This document shows, one piece after another, positions 20,719-31,117 of a DNA stretch of 64,000 nucleotides. Below the pieces are notes generated by a model, which saw only the letters and a list, made by a program, of their open reading frames with translations, ran no database searches and was not told the origin of the DNA. Origin of the DNA: Longimicrobiales bacterium (GTDB lineage Bacteria; Gemmatimonadota; Gemmatimonadetes; Longimicrobiales; Gaopeijiaceae); contig CBDFMQ010000001.1 in assembly GCA_965249725.1 (NCBI GenBank), positions 128,001-192,000 of the forward strand, read 5' to 3'. The position numbers and the translations under genes were made by a program. Within the stretch, counting starts at the first letter, position 1; every line of letters starts with the position of its first letter.

Positions 20719-22848
20719 CTAGCTGCGGCCCAGACGGAGCGCGTTCGCTGTCACGGCAAGGGACACGCCCAGGTCGCCCACCACCACCGCCAACACGAGG
20801 GAGACCCACCCCATCGGCACGCCCACGGCCAGGATCCCTTTGACCAGTAAGGCAGCGCCGACGTTCTGTCGGATCACGCGATCGGCGCGCTTTGAGAGGT
20901 CGATCAGGTAGGGCAGGGTCTCCAGGTCGTCGCCCATGAGGGCAATGTCCGCAGCCTCCAGAGCGGTGTCGCTTCCGGCCGCGCCCATGGCGATGCCGAC
21001 GGTGGCCGCGGCCAGTGCCGGCGCATCGTTGATGCCGTCACCCACCATCGCCACCGATCCCAACTCCGCCTCGAGGGCACGGACCAGATCGACCTTGTCC
21101 TCGGGCAGCAATCCCGCATAGACCCGGTCCACACCGAGCTTCTGTCCTACGACATCGGCTGTTTCTTTGTTGTCTCCGGTCAGCATGACCACATGCTCGA
21201 TCCCTACGTCGCGGAGGTGCGACACCGCCGACGTCGATTCGTCTCGGGCTCCATCTCCCAGAGGGATCCACCCGAGGAATCGGTCTGTCCGACCGACGCC
21301 CACGACCGTTCGCCCGCGGGACCTGAGCTCGCCGACCCCCGCACTCGCTCCGACTTCGCCGAACAACTCGGGACGACCGACCCAGTATTCCTCATCGTCG
21401 AGTAGCGCGCGCGCTCCTTTGCCGGGAATCGTCTGGAACTCGGTGACCTTCCATCCGTTCTCGTCGAGTCCGCGTTCATGCACGGCGCGTCGGATCGATG
21501 ATCCGATGGGGTGCTCCGACCCCGCCTCGACCGCAAAGGCTCGTTCGAGCAGCTCAGCCTCGTCCACCCCGGGTGCCGGCCGCAGATCGATGACCTCCGG
21601 GTGCCCATGCGTGAGGGTCCCGGTCTTGTCGAACGCCACTACCTGCACTCGGCCCGCCGCCTCGAGGTAGGTGCCGCCCTTGATGAGCACGCCACTGCGA
21701 GCCGCAGCCGTGACGCCACTCACGACCGCCACAGGGGTCGAGATGACCAGGGCGCACGGGCAAGCGATGACCAGCAGCGTAAGCCCTCGGATGAACCAAA
21801 CGACGAACGGAGCGTCCGCGACCAGAGGGGGACCGAACGCGACGAGGATCGCTCCTACCGTGACCACGGGCGTGTAGTAGCGCGCGAACGTGTCCACGAA
21901 TCGCTCGCTCTTGGTCTTGCCCGCCTCGGCCTCTTCGACCAACTGGATGATCCGGGCCAGCGTGCTCTTGCCCGCCTCCCGATCCACCCGAATGTGAAGC
22001 GCCCCGTCCTGGTTGATCGATCCCGCGAAGACCTCGTCTCCGACCGAGCGCTCGACCGGCAGGAACTCGCCGGTGATGGCGGATTGATCGACCGACGCGA
22101 CCCCGCTTTCCACCCTCCCGTCCGTCGGGATGCACTCCCCCGGCCGCACGATGACCAAGTCTCCGACGACCAAGGTGTCTGCGGGCACCACGATCTCTTC
22201 GTCGCCTCTGAGAACTCTCGCGCTGGCAGGCGCCAGATCGATCAGGGCTTCTACGGAGGCTCGGGCGCGATCCACGGAGAAACGCTCGAGTAGCTCCGCG
22301 ATTGAGAACAGAAACGCGATGGCGCCCGCTTCCAGGTACTCGCCCACGGCCACGGCGCCGAGGATGGCGATGGTCATGAGGAAGCTCATGTCCAAGGACA
22401 ACATCCGGGCGGACCGCCATCCCTTGCCGAAGAAGTTCAGACCGCCGACGAGGGCGGCCAGGACGAAGAACAGATCGTCGACATGGATGTCGTGCAGCGG
22501 GTGTGCGATGAGCGTCGGGGTGGTCCAGGAGAAGCGGAGCACCAATCCGGTCGCGAAGAGGAACATGGCCACATAGGTGATCCTCGCCCGCTTGCTGCCC
22601 CAAGTCGTGGCAGAGCGCTTGCCGCTGCCGTCGAGTGGGTGAGCCGCATATCCAAGTCGCCCGACCTCTTCCCTGAGCCGCTCTGGGTCGACCCGGTCCG
22701 CCTCGAAACGGATGCTCAGCGTCCGTGCCACCGGACTCCCGTCGACCGCAACCACGCCGTCGATCTTCTCGAGCCGCCCTTGGATCTTCCTGAGGCAGTT
22801 CGCGCAGTCCATGTCGGCGACACGGAGCTGTACGTCGCTTACCGACAT
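20719..22848 (-). CDS. Heavy-metal P1B-type ATPase (ZntA/CadA, P1B-2-like)
   Basis: N-terminal [25 protein letters not shown] and [10 protein letters not shown]; Lys and Asp-x-Gly in the last two TMs. Confidence 0.93.
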   Translation of the reverse strand: MSVSDVQLRVADMDCANCLRKIQGRLEKIDGVVAVDGSPVARTLSIRFEADRVDPERLREEVGRLGYAAHPLDGSGKRSATTWGSKRARITYVAMFLFATGLVLRFSWTTPTLIAHPLHDIHVDDLFFVLAALVGGLNFFGKGWRSARMLSLDMSFLMTIAILGAVAVGEYLEAGAIAFLFSIAELLERFSVDRARASVEALIDLAPASARVLRGDEEIVVPADTLVVGDLVIVRPGECIPTDGRVESGVASVDQSAITGEFLPVERSVGDEVFAGSINQDGALHIRVDREAGKSTLARIIQLVEEAEAGKTKSERFVDTFARYYTPVVTVGAILVAFGPPLVADAPFVVWFIRGLTLLVIACPCALVISTPVAVVSGVTAAARSGVLIKGGTYLEAAGRVQVVAFDKTGTLTHGHPEVIDLRPAPGVDEAELLERAFAVEAGSEHPIGSSIRRAVHERGLDENGWKVTEFQTIPGKGARALLDDEEYWVGRPELFGEVGASAGVGELRSRGRTVVGVGRTDRFLGWIPLGDGARDESTSAVSHLRDVGIEHVVMLTGDNKETADVVGQKLGVDRVYAGLLPEDKVDLVRALEAELGSVAMVGDGINDAPALAAATVGIAMGAAGSDTALEAADIALMGDDLETLPYLIDLSKRADRVIRQNVGAALLVKGILAVGVPMGWVSLVLAVVVGDLGVSLAVTANALRLGRS

Positions 22849-22993
22849 GGTCTACGCTTGTCGGACGCGGGCTGCTGAGGTGGGCTCGGTCTGTTCGTAA
22901 CGGGCATGCATCGGGTCCTTTGGTGGCCGGTCCGTCGGGGTCGATGGGTGGCCGGCGGTGACGTCGACGGGAGAGTAACGTGGTCCTGGGCAC

Positions 22994-23022
22994 TGGACAA
23001 TAAATTTAGGCTTGCCTAAATT
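22994..23022 (+). promoter_or_regulatory. Sigma70-like promoter (TGGACA-N17-TAAATT) overlapped by a DtxR/MntR-type operator AATTTAGGC-TT-GCCTAAATT (23003-23022)
   Basis: Perfect 9-bp inverted repeat in an AT-rich island. The core TTAGGCTTGCCTAA resembles DtxR-family boxes and lies just upstream of a DtxR-family gene. Confidence 0.75.
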
Positions 23023-23080
23023 AAGCCCGATCGGGGAAGGAGTCCAGTTCCGGAGGGAAGGGCGAGTGGAAAACACTGCG

Positions 23081-24127
23081 ATGGTGGATCCGGGGACGGC
23101 GCTCATCGTTTTCGCCGTTGGCGCAGTGTTGCTGTCCATCTTCTTCTGGCCGAAGCGTGGGCTCGTCGCCTCCCTTCGCAGGATTGCCAGTTCGACCGAG
23201 CGCATCCGCATGGAAGACGCGCTCAAACACCTCCATGATGTCGAGTACAGAGGCCGTCACGCCTCGATCGAGAGCTTGGCGGGGGTCCTCGAAGTGTCTC
23301 GGATGGTTGCGGCTCGCACCGTCCAGCGCCTGACCGAACGTGAGTTGGCCGAGATGCACGGCGATACGCCGGTGCTCACCGCCGACGGTCGGGACTACGC
23401 GATCAGGATTCTCAGGACCCACAGACTCTGGGAGCGGTACCTGGCGGATCGCACGGGAGTCCGGCCGGAGGATTGGCACGCGTCCGCGGAGGACGCCGAG
23501 CACCGAGTCAGTTCCGATGAGGCCGAAGCTTTGGCGGCGCGGCTGGGACACCCACGGTACGACCCGCATGGAGACCCGATTCCCACCATGGAGGGCGAGA
23601 TGCCCCCTCCCGAGGGCGTGGCGTTGAGTACGGTCGAGCCCGTCGCGCAGGTGGTGATCACGCATCTCGAAGACGAGCCGCCCGAGTTGTTCGAGCGAAT
23701 CGCGGCGATCGGTCTCTCCCCACATCTGCGTTTCACGGTGGTCGGGAAAGACCGAGAGAGTGTGCACATCAACCTGCGGGGTGAGGGGCTGATCTTGCCT
23801 CGCATGGTAGCGGGCAATGTCACCGTGCGCCCACTCGCCGAGGGTGAGTCGGTGGACGTAGCGACTGCCACGCTGGCGGACCTCGAGCCCGGTGAATTGG
23901 CTCGTGTGATCGGTATCGCCGCACGCTGCCAGGGTCCCCAGCGTCGCAGGCTGCTGGACCTCGGCGTCGTACCGGGGACCGAGATCGTCGCCGAGTTGGA
24001 GAGTGCCGGCGGTGATCCCATGGCTTACCGGATCCGCGGCGCCCTGATCGCCCTCAGGGAAGAGCAGGCGTCGTGGATCGAGATCGAGCCCGTCGGCGCG
24101 GCGGCCCCACAGCCGATGGCGGTCTGA
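23081..24127 (+). CDS. DtxR/MntR-family metalloregulator with N-terminal TM helix and two FeoA domains
   Basis: MEDALK, LTADGR..A..ILRTHRLWERYL, AEHRVS, DPHGDPIP; C-terminal RRRLLDLGVVPGTEI...GDPMAYRIRGALIALR. Confidence 0.88.
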   Translation: MVDPGTALIVFAVGAVLLSIFFWPKRGLVASLRRIASSTERIRMEDALKHLHDVEYRGRHASIESLAGVLEVSRMVAARTVQRLTERELAEMHGDTPVLTADGRDYAIRILRTHRLWERYLADRTGVRPEDWHASAEDAEHRVSSDEAEALAARLGHPRYDPHGDPIPTMEGEMPPPEGVALSTVEPVAQVVITHLEDEPPELFERIAAIGLSPHLRFTVVGKDRESVHINLRGEGLILPRMVAGNVTVRPLAEGESVDVATATLADLEPGELARVIGIAARCQGPQRRRLLDLGVVPGTEIVAELESAGGDPMAYRIRGALIALREEQASWIEIEPVGAAAPQPMAV

Positions 24128-24128
24128 C

Positions 24129-26357
24129 ATGGCGACGCTCGCCCTCGACGGGTGCGCGAGCTGCGCCCAGCACCGAACGGAGAGTCTCGTCCGACTGGGC
24201 TTGAGTCCCGATCGGTGGGATTACCTGGTCGCGCTCGCTGGCAATCCGAACACCGGCAAGAGCACCGTCTTCAACGCGCTGACCGGACTGAGACAGCATA
24301 CGGGCAACTGGCCCGGCAAGACGGTCGTCCGGGCTGAGGGCGTCTTCCTTCACGAGCAAGATCGGGTGAAGGTCGTGGACCTCCCCGGCACGTATTCCCT
24401 TCAGGCCGGGAGTACCGACGAAGAGGTCGCTCGGGACTTCATCCTCTTCGGGCGTCCGGACGTGACGATCGTCGTGGTCGATGCCACGCGTCTCGAGCGC
24501 AACCTCAACCTCGCTTTGCAGATCCTCGAGATCACCGACCGCGTCGTGGTGTGCGTGAACCTCATGGACGAAGCCAGGCGTCACGGCATCGCAATCGACC
24601 TGAAGCGGCTCGAGAAGGAACTCGGTGTGCCGGTGGTCGGCACTTCGGCGCGGCAGGGTGAGGGCGTGGATGTACTGATTTCGGTCGCCGTGGACGTGGC
24701 GAGCGGCAAGACGCATACCCGACCCTACCGGATCGAGACTCATCAGGAAGCCGTCGAGGCCGCCGTGGCGGGTTTGGTTGCGGAGCTGGAGGCTGCGTTC
24801 CCCGACCTGCCCAATGCTCGTTGGGTGGCGCTCCGTCTGCTGAACGCGGATGAAGCGGTAGAGGAGGCAGTGCGCTCGGGAGATCTGGGCCTGCTCATGT
24901 CCGACTCCAACGCGGACGCTTTGCCTCCCGATGCCGGGGATCTGGAAGCCCGGCTCGGGGTGTTGCGCCACGCCTCGGATCTCCGGTGGGATCTTCCACA
25001 TGACTTCCACGATGCCCTGTCCCATCAGCTGTACGACTTGGCCCAGGAGATCGCTGCGAAGTCGCAGGCGCGCGGCCTCAAGAAGGCTGGATTCGACCTG
25101 GACCGTACGCTCGACAGAGTGCTGACCAGCCGGGTGCTCGGCTTCCCGACGATGCTGCTGATGCTCGCGGCGGTGTTCTGGATCACGATCGCGGGAGCCA
25201 ACGTACCGTCCCAGATGCTCGCCACGCTTCTGGTGGACAACGGGCACGCTTGGCTGACGTCTGGGGGTGCGGCCGTCGGCATGCCGTGGTGGCTGAGCGG
25301 CTTCCTCTTCGATGGTGTCTATCTCGCGACCGCTTGGGTGATCGCCGTCATGCTTCCGCCCATGGCCATCTTCTTCCCTCTCTTCACGCTACTAGAGGAT
25401 TTCGGCTACCTGCCCCGGGTCGCGTTCAACTTGGACGGCATGTTCCGTAGAGTGGGGGCACACGGGAAGCAGGCACTGACCATGAGTATGGGCTTCGGCT
25501 GCAACGCGGCTGGGGTCGTGGCGACCCGCATCATCGACAGTCCCCGTGAGCGGCTCATCGCCATCATCACCAACAACTTCTCGCTCTGTAACGGTCGATG
25601 GCCCACCCAGATCCTCATCGCGACGCTGTTCATCGGGGCACTCGCCCCGCCGCACCTTGCGGGACTCGTGTCGGCCAGCGCCGTGGTCGGGATCGCGCTC
25701 TTGGGAATCGTCATGATGCTCTTGGCCTCGTGGCTGCTATCCAGCACCGTGCTCAAGGGCGAAGCGAGCACGTTCAGCCTGGAGCTGCCACCTTATCGTC
25801 CGCCGCGGATTCTCCAGACGCTTTATACCTCCATCATCGATCGAACCCTGATCGTCCTGTGGAGGGCCGTGGTATTCGCCATACCGGCGGGTGCGGTGAT
25901 TTGGCTGGTGTCGAACATCACCGTCGGGGACGTGAGCGTTGCGGCTCACCTGATCGACTGGATGAACCCGGTGGGCCTGTTGTTCGGGCTGAACGGGGTG
26001 ATCCTGCTGGCCTTCGTGGTCGCGATCCCGGCCAACGAGATCGTGATTCCGACGGTACTGATGCTCACCGTGTTGGCGGCGGGCCTCTCGGGCGTCGGTG
26101 AGGGTGCCGGCGTCATGTTCGAGTTGGACTCGGTCACGGCGATGGGCGAGATCCTGCAGGCGGGGGGTTGGACGCTGCTCACGGCTGTGTGCCTGATGTT
26201 GTTCAGCCTTCTCCACAATCCGTGCTCGACCACGATCTACACCATCTACAGAGAGACCGGCAGCGCGAAGTGGACCACGGTTGCGACAGCGCTACCGCTC
26301 GTGATGGGCTTCGTGACGTGCTTCTTGGTCGCTCAGGTCTGGCGGTTGTTGGCCTGA
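24129..26357 (+). CDS. feoB: Ferrous iron transport protein B
   Basis: GNPNTGKSTVFNALTG, TGNWPGKTV, DLPGTYSL, LEDFGYLPR and MGFGCNA. Confidence 0.95.
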   Translation: MATLALDGCASCAQHRTESLVRLGLSPDRWDYLVALAGNPNTGKSTVFNALTGLRQHTGNWPGKTVVRAEGVFLHEQDRVKVVDLPGTYSLQAGSTDEEVARDFILFGRPDVTIVVVDATRLERNLNLALQILEITDRVVVCVNLMDEARRHGIAIDLKRLEKELGVPVVGTSARQGEGVDVLISVAVDVASGKTHTRPYRIETHQEAVEAAVAGLVAELEAAFPDLPNARWVALRLLNADEAVEEAVRSGDLGLLMSDSNADALPPDAGDLEARLGVLRHASDLRWDLPHDFHDALSHQLYDLAQEIAAKSQARGLKKAGFDLDRTLDRVLTSRVLGFPTMLLMLAAVFWITIAGANVPSQMLATLLVDNGHAWLTSGGAAVGMPWWLSGFLFDGVYLATAWVIAVMLPPMAIFFPLFTLLEDFGYLPRVAFNLDGMFRRVGAHGKQALTMSMGFGCNAAGVVATRIIDSPRERLIAIITNNFSLCNGRWPTQILIATLFIGALAPPHLAGLVSASAVVGIALLGIVMMLLASWLLSSTVLKGEASTFSLELPPYRPPRILQTLYTSIIDRTLIVLWRAVVFAIPAGAVIWLVSNITVGDVSVAAHLIDWMNPVGLLFGLNGVILLAFVVAIPANEIVIPTVLMLTVLAAGLSGVGEGAGVMFELDSVTAMGEILQAGGWTLLTAVCLMLFSLLHNPCSTTIYTIYRETGSAKWTTVATALPLVMGFVTCFLVAQVWRLLA

Positions 26358-26373
26358 CCGGCGCCTTCACCGA

Positions 26374-26397
26374 GCCAGGAGGAATCGCCCTCCTGGC
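26374..26397. terminator. Hairpin between convergent feoB and the RidA-family gene
   Basis: GCCAGGAGG-AATCGC-CCTCCTGGC perfect 9-bp stem; no clear U tract. Confidence 0.45.
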
Positions 26398-26454
26398 CCG
26401 GATCCGTCGAGGTGGTTTGGTCTAAGGGCTCCACTCTATGAGTCGGCGAAGCCT

Positions 26455-26952
26455 CTAGTTCACCACCTTCATCGCGACGATCTCGACTTCGACGAGCAAC
26501 GCCGGATTGAAGAGGGCTTTGATTTCGACGAAGGTTCGGGCCGGCGTCCAACCGCCCTCGCCCCGCTGAAAGTACTTCGCGTATGCCCGGTTGAAGCCGG
26601 CAGAGTCCATGGTGCCGTCCTCTCCCGCTACGCCGTAGACGTTCATTCTGACGACGTTGTGCAGGGACCACCCACGCGCTTCGAGGCGATTCTTGAAACC
26701 CTCCAGGATGGCGGTGCCCTGAGCCTCCATGTCACCGGCCATGCATCCAGGCGTGCCGCGCTGTTCTCTCGAGCAGCCCTCCGGGTACGCGAAGTTGATG
26801 GAGCCTGAGTAGAACAGAGTCTCGGCGTTCGCAGGCACGATGAAACCGCCGTCCCCGCCTTTCTGGAACTCCTGAGCGTTCGCGGTCGCGGGCAGGAGTG
26901 CCGCGAGGAGCAGTGTCGCTGCCAGAGAGAGCGTTCTTACGAATCTCGCCAT
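26455..26952 (-). CDS. RidA/YjgF-family protein with signal peptide
   Basis: YSG, NVVRMNVY, FNRAYAKYF, PART and LVEVEIVA; N-terminal ANA-Q signal. Confidence 0.82.
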   Translation of the reverse strand: MARFVRTLSLAATLLLAALLPATANAQEFQKGGDGGFIVPANAETLFYSGSINFAYPEGCSREQRGTPGCMAGDMEAQGTAILEGFKNRLEARGWSLHNVVRMNVYGVAGEDGTMDSAGFNRAYAKYFQRGEGGWTPARTFVEIKALFNPALLVEVEIVAMKVVN

Positions 26953-27133
26953 GTGTACCTCGGATTCCGGTGTCTAGAGGAGCGGCCGTGGGCTGCGAAT
27001 CGCCGACTCTCATTGTAGGAGTTCGACGCTTTGGTACGGGCGGCTGCTAGGGTAGATCGGTGCGTCGGGTGACACAAGGAGCGAACGTGCCTGATGTGGC
27101 CCCCAGGCCGGCGCAGCGCACGAGGGTGCTGAA

Positions 27134-28135
27134 CTACCCGGCGCTGAACTCCTCGAATCGCTGGTTCCCGATGCGATAGCGACGCCAGTCCTTGTAGTCG
27201 AAATGCCACCACTCCGCGTCATACACGGTGAAGTCCTGAGCCTCCATGGCCTCACGGAGCAACTCCCTATGCCAACGCTGTCGCGCCGTCCCTCCCGCAT
27301 AGTCAGGGAACGAGCGGGGAGACATCTCGTCGTATCCCCCGGTCATGGTGATGGGTGTTCCCGTCTCGAGGTCATAGAGCGTGAGATCAACCGCGCAGCC
27401 ACGATTGTGTCTCGACCCGTTTTCCGGATTCGCGACGAATATCCTCAGCTCCTCCGGCGTTGCCTCCCAGAACATTTTCGTCACGTACCAGGGACGGTAT
27501 CCATCATGCACCAGCAGGCCGTACCCGCGCTCTGCCAGCCAACGGTTCGCTCGCACGAGGGCCTCCGCGGCCGGCCGCTGCAGGAAGGCTCTCGGCTCCG
27601 AATAGAAGACCTCGCCCATGAAGTTGTTCGTGCTGGCGTACCGGACATCCAAGGCGATGGTTGGATCGAGGGTCACGAGTTCTACGAGGTCGGAGGCGAG
27701 GAAGTCTCCTGATCCCTCCGGAGGATTCGAGTTCAGGGCCTCCTCGAGGAGCTCTTCAGGGGCCCTGATCGGCGTAATCTGGAACGTGCCACCGTCCTCT
27801 GAGCCCAACGACAGTCGCGCGAAGGTACGGTCGTCTATCGAGAGACTCGCTATCCGGCTGCCACCCCGGACGGCCACGTCCACGGCGGCGTCCGTCTGGA
27901 ACGTGGTGTCGGTCACCGCGGTGAGGGGGAGTCTCTCTCCATGCCAGAAGAGCAGCGAGAGCCCTCCGTCCTCTTCGAGGACCGACACGGTGTCGCCCCC
28001 GTCTGCGTACTCTCCGATGTAGGGGCGCCAGGCATCGACGATGTCCGGGGGGGCTACGGAGGGGGGAGCATCCGGGGTGATGTCTTCGCCCGCGCAGGCG
28101 ACCACCAGGTAGACGAGCAGCCAGGTCTTCTTCAT
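27134..28135 (-). CDS. D-Ala-D-Ala dipeptidase (M15D, VanX/DdpX-like) lipoprotein
   Basis: RYASTNNF, DGYRP, SRHNRGCAVDLT and EWWHFDY; lipobox VVAC. Confidence 0.9.
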   Translation of the reverse strand: MKKTWLLVYLVVACAGEDITPDAPPSVAPPDIVDAWRPYIGEYADGGDTVSVLEEDGGLSLLFWHGERLPLTAVTDTTFQTDAAVDVAVRGGSRIASLSIDDRTFARLSLGSEDGGTFQITPIRAPEELLEEALNSNPPEGSGDFLASDLVELVTLDPTIALDVRYASTNNFMGEVFYSEPRAFLQRPAAEALVRANRWLAERGYGLLVHDGYRPWYVTKMFWEATPEELRIFVANPENGSRHNRGCAVDLTLYDLETGTPITMTGGYDEMSPRSFPDYAGGTARQRWHRELLREAMEAQDFTVYDAEWWHFDYKDWRRYRIGNQRFEEFSAG

Positions 28136-28235
28136 GACACATGCTCGGCACTGGGGAAGGACGTCGCAAGGAGCCCCGTAGGCCCGACTGGCCTCGTGGG
28201 CTAGATGCCGTTGCGACTATAGATGGCCTCGCGGG

Positions 28236-29336
28236 TTACATGGCCCAGTTGTCCGCCCAGGCGTTGGGATAGGTTGCCAGCCCGCCGAAGGAGTCGAGCG
28301 CATTGGCGATGTGACAGGAGTTGTAGTAGATGCGCTTGGTTCCGTTGCCGATGGCGTTCGTGCCCATCGCGGCCGCGATCGAGTCCGGGTTGGCGCCCAG
28401 TTTGACGTTGAGCCCCGTCACCAGCGCCCCGGCTATGCCGATGTTGCCGTTTCCGGTCGTCATGCCGCCCGTCAGAATGATGCCTTCCCAGTCCTTGCTA
28501 CCGCTCATGGTCAGGTCACCCGTCACGATGAGCGTGCCGCGCCCGTCGCCCGGTAGCGTGAAGTTGCCCGTGACCAAGATGACCGGCCAGTAGTTGGGGT
28601 CTGAGAACGACGGCCACGACCCGCCGGGGATGGCGATGTCTGGGGTGAGGGCCGCGCCGGCTATGATTCCCGCCCAGTCGATGGAAACCGAGTCGGAGAA
28701 CTCGGAGACGGTCCCCATGTCCTCGATGGGGGGAGAGCCGCTGGGCACGCTGCTGCCGCCACTCTGTGTGTACCCGGGGCTGGTGGGCACGGCCATGCCG
28801 GCGAGGTCTGTCTCGACCCCGCACTGATCGGCTCCGTCGATCGTGCCCGATCCGCCATTCTTATGGAACCCCGTGAGGGCGCTCACGGCGGCGCCCACGT
28901 CGAGCGTTGCTGTGCTCCAGCGAGCGTATTGGGCGACGGTGCGTGCTGCCCGGGGTACGTCGGGAAGCTCGGGATCCGTGGTCACCCCACGTGACCGAAC
29001 CACGTAAAGCGCGGGAGACCCTCCCACGCTGGGCCGGATCCGCTGGAGCACCACGTCGGCCACCCCTCCGGGCAGCGTGACCTGGATCGATTCCTGGACC
29101 GCCGGCGGCGAGCTGGTGAAGCCGAACGAGTCCCGTGAGACGAGAAACAACTCCAGGCCCGACTGTGCGACCCCGAAAGCCCGGATCTCGTCCCGGGAGT
29201 TGTCGACGAACCGACTCTCAGAGGAGACCACCATGAACGACGCGGTAACCGTGATCGTCAGCATCGCGATGAGGAAGACCGCCATCGGTAGTGCGATCCC
29301 GTCCGAGTTTTTCGAGTTGGACACTGTAGGCTTCAT
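28236..29336 (-). CDS. PilX-like minor pilin / pilus assembly protein
   Basis: SDGIALPMAV hydrophobic N-terminus lacking Glu5; RAFGVAQSGLE; last gene of the pilin set. Confidence 0.7.
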   Translation of the reverse strand: MKPTVSNSKNSDGIALPMAVFLIAMLTITVTASFMVVSSESRFVDNSRDEIRAFGVAQSGLELFLVSRDSFGFTSSPPAVQESIQVTLPGGVADVVLQRIRPSVGGSPALYVVRSRGVTTDPELPDVPRAARTVAQYARWSTATLDVGAAVSALTGFHKNGGSGTIDGADQCGVETDLAGMAVPTSPGYTQSGGSSVPSGSPPIEDMGTVSEFSDSVSIDWAGIIAGAALTPDIAIPGGSWPSFSDPNYWPVILVTGNFTLPGDGRGTLIVTGDLTMSGSKDWEGIILTGGMTTGNGNIGIAGALVTGLNVKLGANPDSIAAAMGTNAIGNGTKRIYYNSCHIANALDSFGGLATYPNAWADNWAM

Positions 29337-29338
29337 GG

Positions 29339-30175
29339 TCAGTTACTCCGGTTCTTGAAGAACACGGCGGCGGTCAAATCGAACGTCACCGGGCTCGATT
29401 GCCCTTGGGGTGTCACCTCGCTGGCACCGTTGAGAAAGAGGTGCATACCTCGCAGGTCAGCGAGGTCGACCGGAGGAGAGACTTGGGGCGCAGACCCGTT
29501 GAGCACGTAGAACTGAAACCCCGCGGTCGTGTCGAACGGTGCGGCGATCTCCTCTGGGACGCCTGTGACCTGAGGCGTCCTCCAGAGCCCCACTCTTCCC
29601 GGGATCACGGCGGAGCTATCGAACTGGTAGGTCAGGGTCTGGTAAAGGAACACAGGGGTCCCCGCAGGTGCCGTGGTAGCGGGACTCACGCCGAGCACCT
29701 GCCCGCCGAATAGGGTAGTAATGGACTCTGCGGCGCACGCAGATGCGCTCCCGGTTCCCAGGCTGATGCCTGCCTCGTACGTGTAGTCCCCCAGAGTTGT
29801 CCTCCACGCGTAGCCCGAGACCTGCGCGTTGGAAACCGCGGCGGAGTCCGTCGGCAGCAGGCTCACCGTGGTCGTGGAGCCCGATGTGCCGCAAACGATG
29901 CCGAAGCGGTAGGGCACACGAAGGCGCACACTCTTCGCACTGGCGCTTTCCACACCGCCCGAGACCTCGACCATGCGTAGCTCGGACAGCAGGAAATTCA
30001 GGGTGCCCTGTGACACCGCACGAGCGCTTCGCACGGCCTCTTGCCGGTTCGTGAAATTCGACTGGACGAGCAAGAGTCTCATGAGCGACGATCCGATTAG
30101 ACCGACGAGGACCATCGTGATCAGCATCTCGACCAATGTAAATCCCGCCCGCGCCCGTGATCTCTCGGCGTTCAT
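29339..30175 (-). CDS. Prepilin-type minor pilin (PilW-like)
   Basis: AG-FTLVEML class III signal; start at 30175 overlaps the upstream stop. Confidence 0.85.
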   Translation of the reverse strand: MNAERSRARAGFTLVEMLITMVLVGLIGSSLMRLLLVQSNFTNRQEAVRSARAVSQGTLNFLLSELRMVEVSGGVESASAKSVRLRVPYRFGIVCGTSGSTTTVSLLPTDSAAVSNAQVSGYAWRTTLGDYTYEAGISLGTGSASACAAESITTLFGGQVLGVSPATTAPAGTPVFLYQTLTYQFDSSAVIPGRVGLWRTPQVTGVPEEIAAPFDTTAGFQFYVLNGSAPQVSPPVDLADLRGMHLFLNGASEVTPQGQSSPVTFDLTAAVFFKNRSN

Positions 30176-30570
30176 TGGCCGAACGGGTTGGCGGTGGTCG
30201 GCTTCGTGCGCCGCAGGACTATCGTGTCGGCCGCCACCAATGGTGTGGCCGGTTGGATCACGACCGTGACCCTGCGGACCTTGGGTGCGAGGTCCGTGAT
30301 CGAGACGCAACTCCGATGGGGAAAGACCGATGAGATGACGGTGTCGCAACCGGCTACGGAGGGGAGCGAATCGAACGGCAGCACGGTCAGGCGACCGGAC
30401 ATGGACGTCATGGCGCCGGTCCTGTGCATCTCCACGGTGGATCGGACCGAGCGGGAGGCCACCTGGTAGGACATGCCGGCGAGCGGAAGGAGCACGACCG
30501 CGAGAAGCGTGAGTGCTACGACTGCCTCGACGAGTACGAATCCTTCACGTGCGAGCTGTAGCGTCTTCAT
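30172..30570 (-). CDS. Prepilin-type minor pilin (PilV-like)
   Basis: EG-FVLVEAVVAL class III signal. Confidence 0.8.
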   Translation of the reverse strand: MKTLQLAREGFVLVEAVVALTLLAVVLLPLAGMSYQVASRSVRSTVEMHRTGAMTSMSGRLTVLPFDSLPSVAGCDTVISSVFPHRSCVSITDLAPKVRRVTVVIQPATPLVAADTIVLRRTKPTTANPFGQ

Positions 30571-31010
30571 CGTGCAATCACGCGGACCATGCCCGCCCTC
30601 ATCATCTGTACGCGTCGATCGTACGAGTTCGCGGCGAGCGTCACGGTGAGGGCGCTCGAGGCGATGCCCGACGGTGCGATGTCGATGGTCGAAGGGACGA
30701 AGGTCGCGGTGGGCAGTTTGAACTCGCTCAGGTCGCGCGTATGTAGCAGCGTTCCGGTCGCGGCGTCCGTAAACGTGTAGCTGGCCAGGTCGCTCCGGTA
30801 CGTAACGCGCACCGGACGACGCTGTCTGGACGCGAGCGACGATGCCAGCCGCAGATCCATTGCCACCACGGCCGTGCCTCGGTTCACGCCCGCGTGTCTG
30901 ATGGACTCTGCGGCGGGAGGCATCACCGCGGACGCGAGGATGCCGAAGGCGGCGACACCCGCGGTCACTTCCAGGAGACTGAACCCCTGTTTCGAACGTC
31001 GATTGCTCAT
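30567..31010 (-). CDS. Prepilin-type minor pilin (FimT/GspH-like)
   Basis: QG-FSLLEV class III signal; DLRLASSLASRQRRPVRV; FVPSTIDIAPSGIAS. Confidence 0.8.
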   Translation of the reverse strand: MSNRRSKQGFSLLEVTAGVAAFGILASAVMPPAAESIRHAGVNRGTAVVAMDLRLASSLASRQRRPVRVTYRSDLASYTFTDAATGTLLHTRDLSEFKLPTATFVPSTIDIAPSGIASSALTVTLAANSYDRRVQMMRAGMVRVIAR

Positions 31011-31102
31011 TTTCGGCCTCGGTCTGTCAAGTTTCTTTACGTCCGGCAGTGCCACCGCGTCCGCGGGGCCCGCCGTGCCCGTCAGAGTCACTTTGCTCAG
31101 TG

Positions 31103-31117
31103 GCGAGATCCGTGCCG
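31103..31117 (-). promoter_or_regulatory. Candidate sigma54 -24/-12 promoter for the pilin operon
   Basis: Minus strand CGGCACGGATCTCGC gives GG-N10-GC, with two deviations from TGGCACG-N4-TTGC. Confidence 0.35.

Noticed and set aside
21554..22993. 479-aa Arg/Gly/Pro-rich ORF, and similar off-frame ORFs such as 9549..10607 and 43352..44458
   Set aside because: Alternative frames of recognised genes with low-complexity GC-driven composition.
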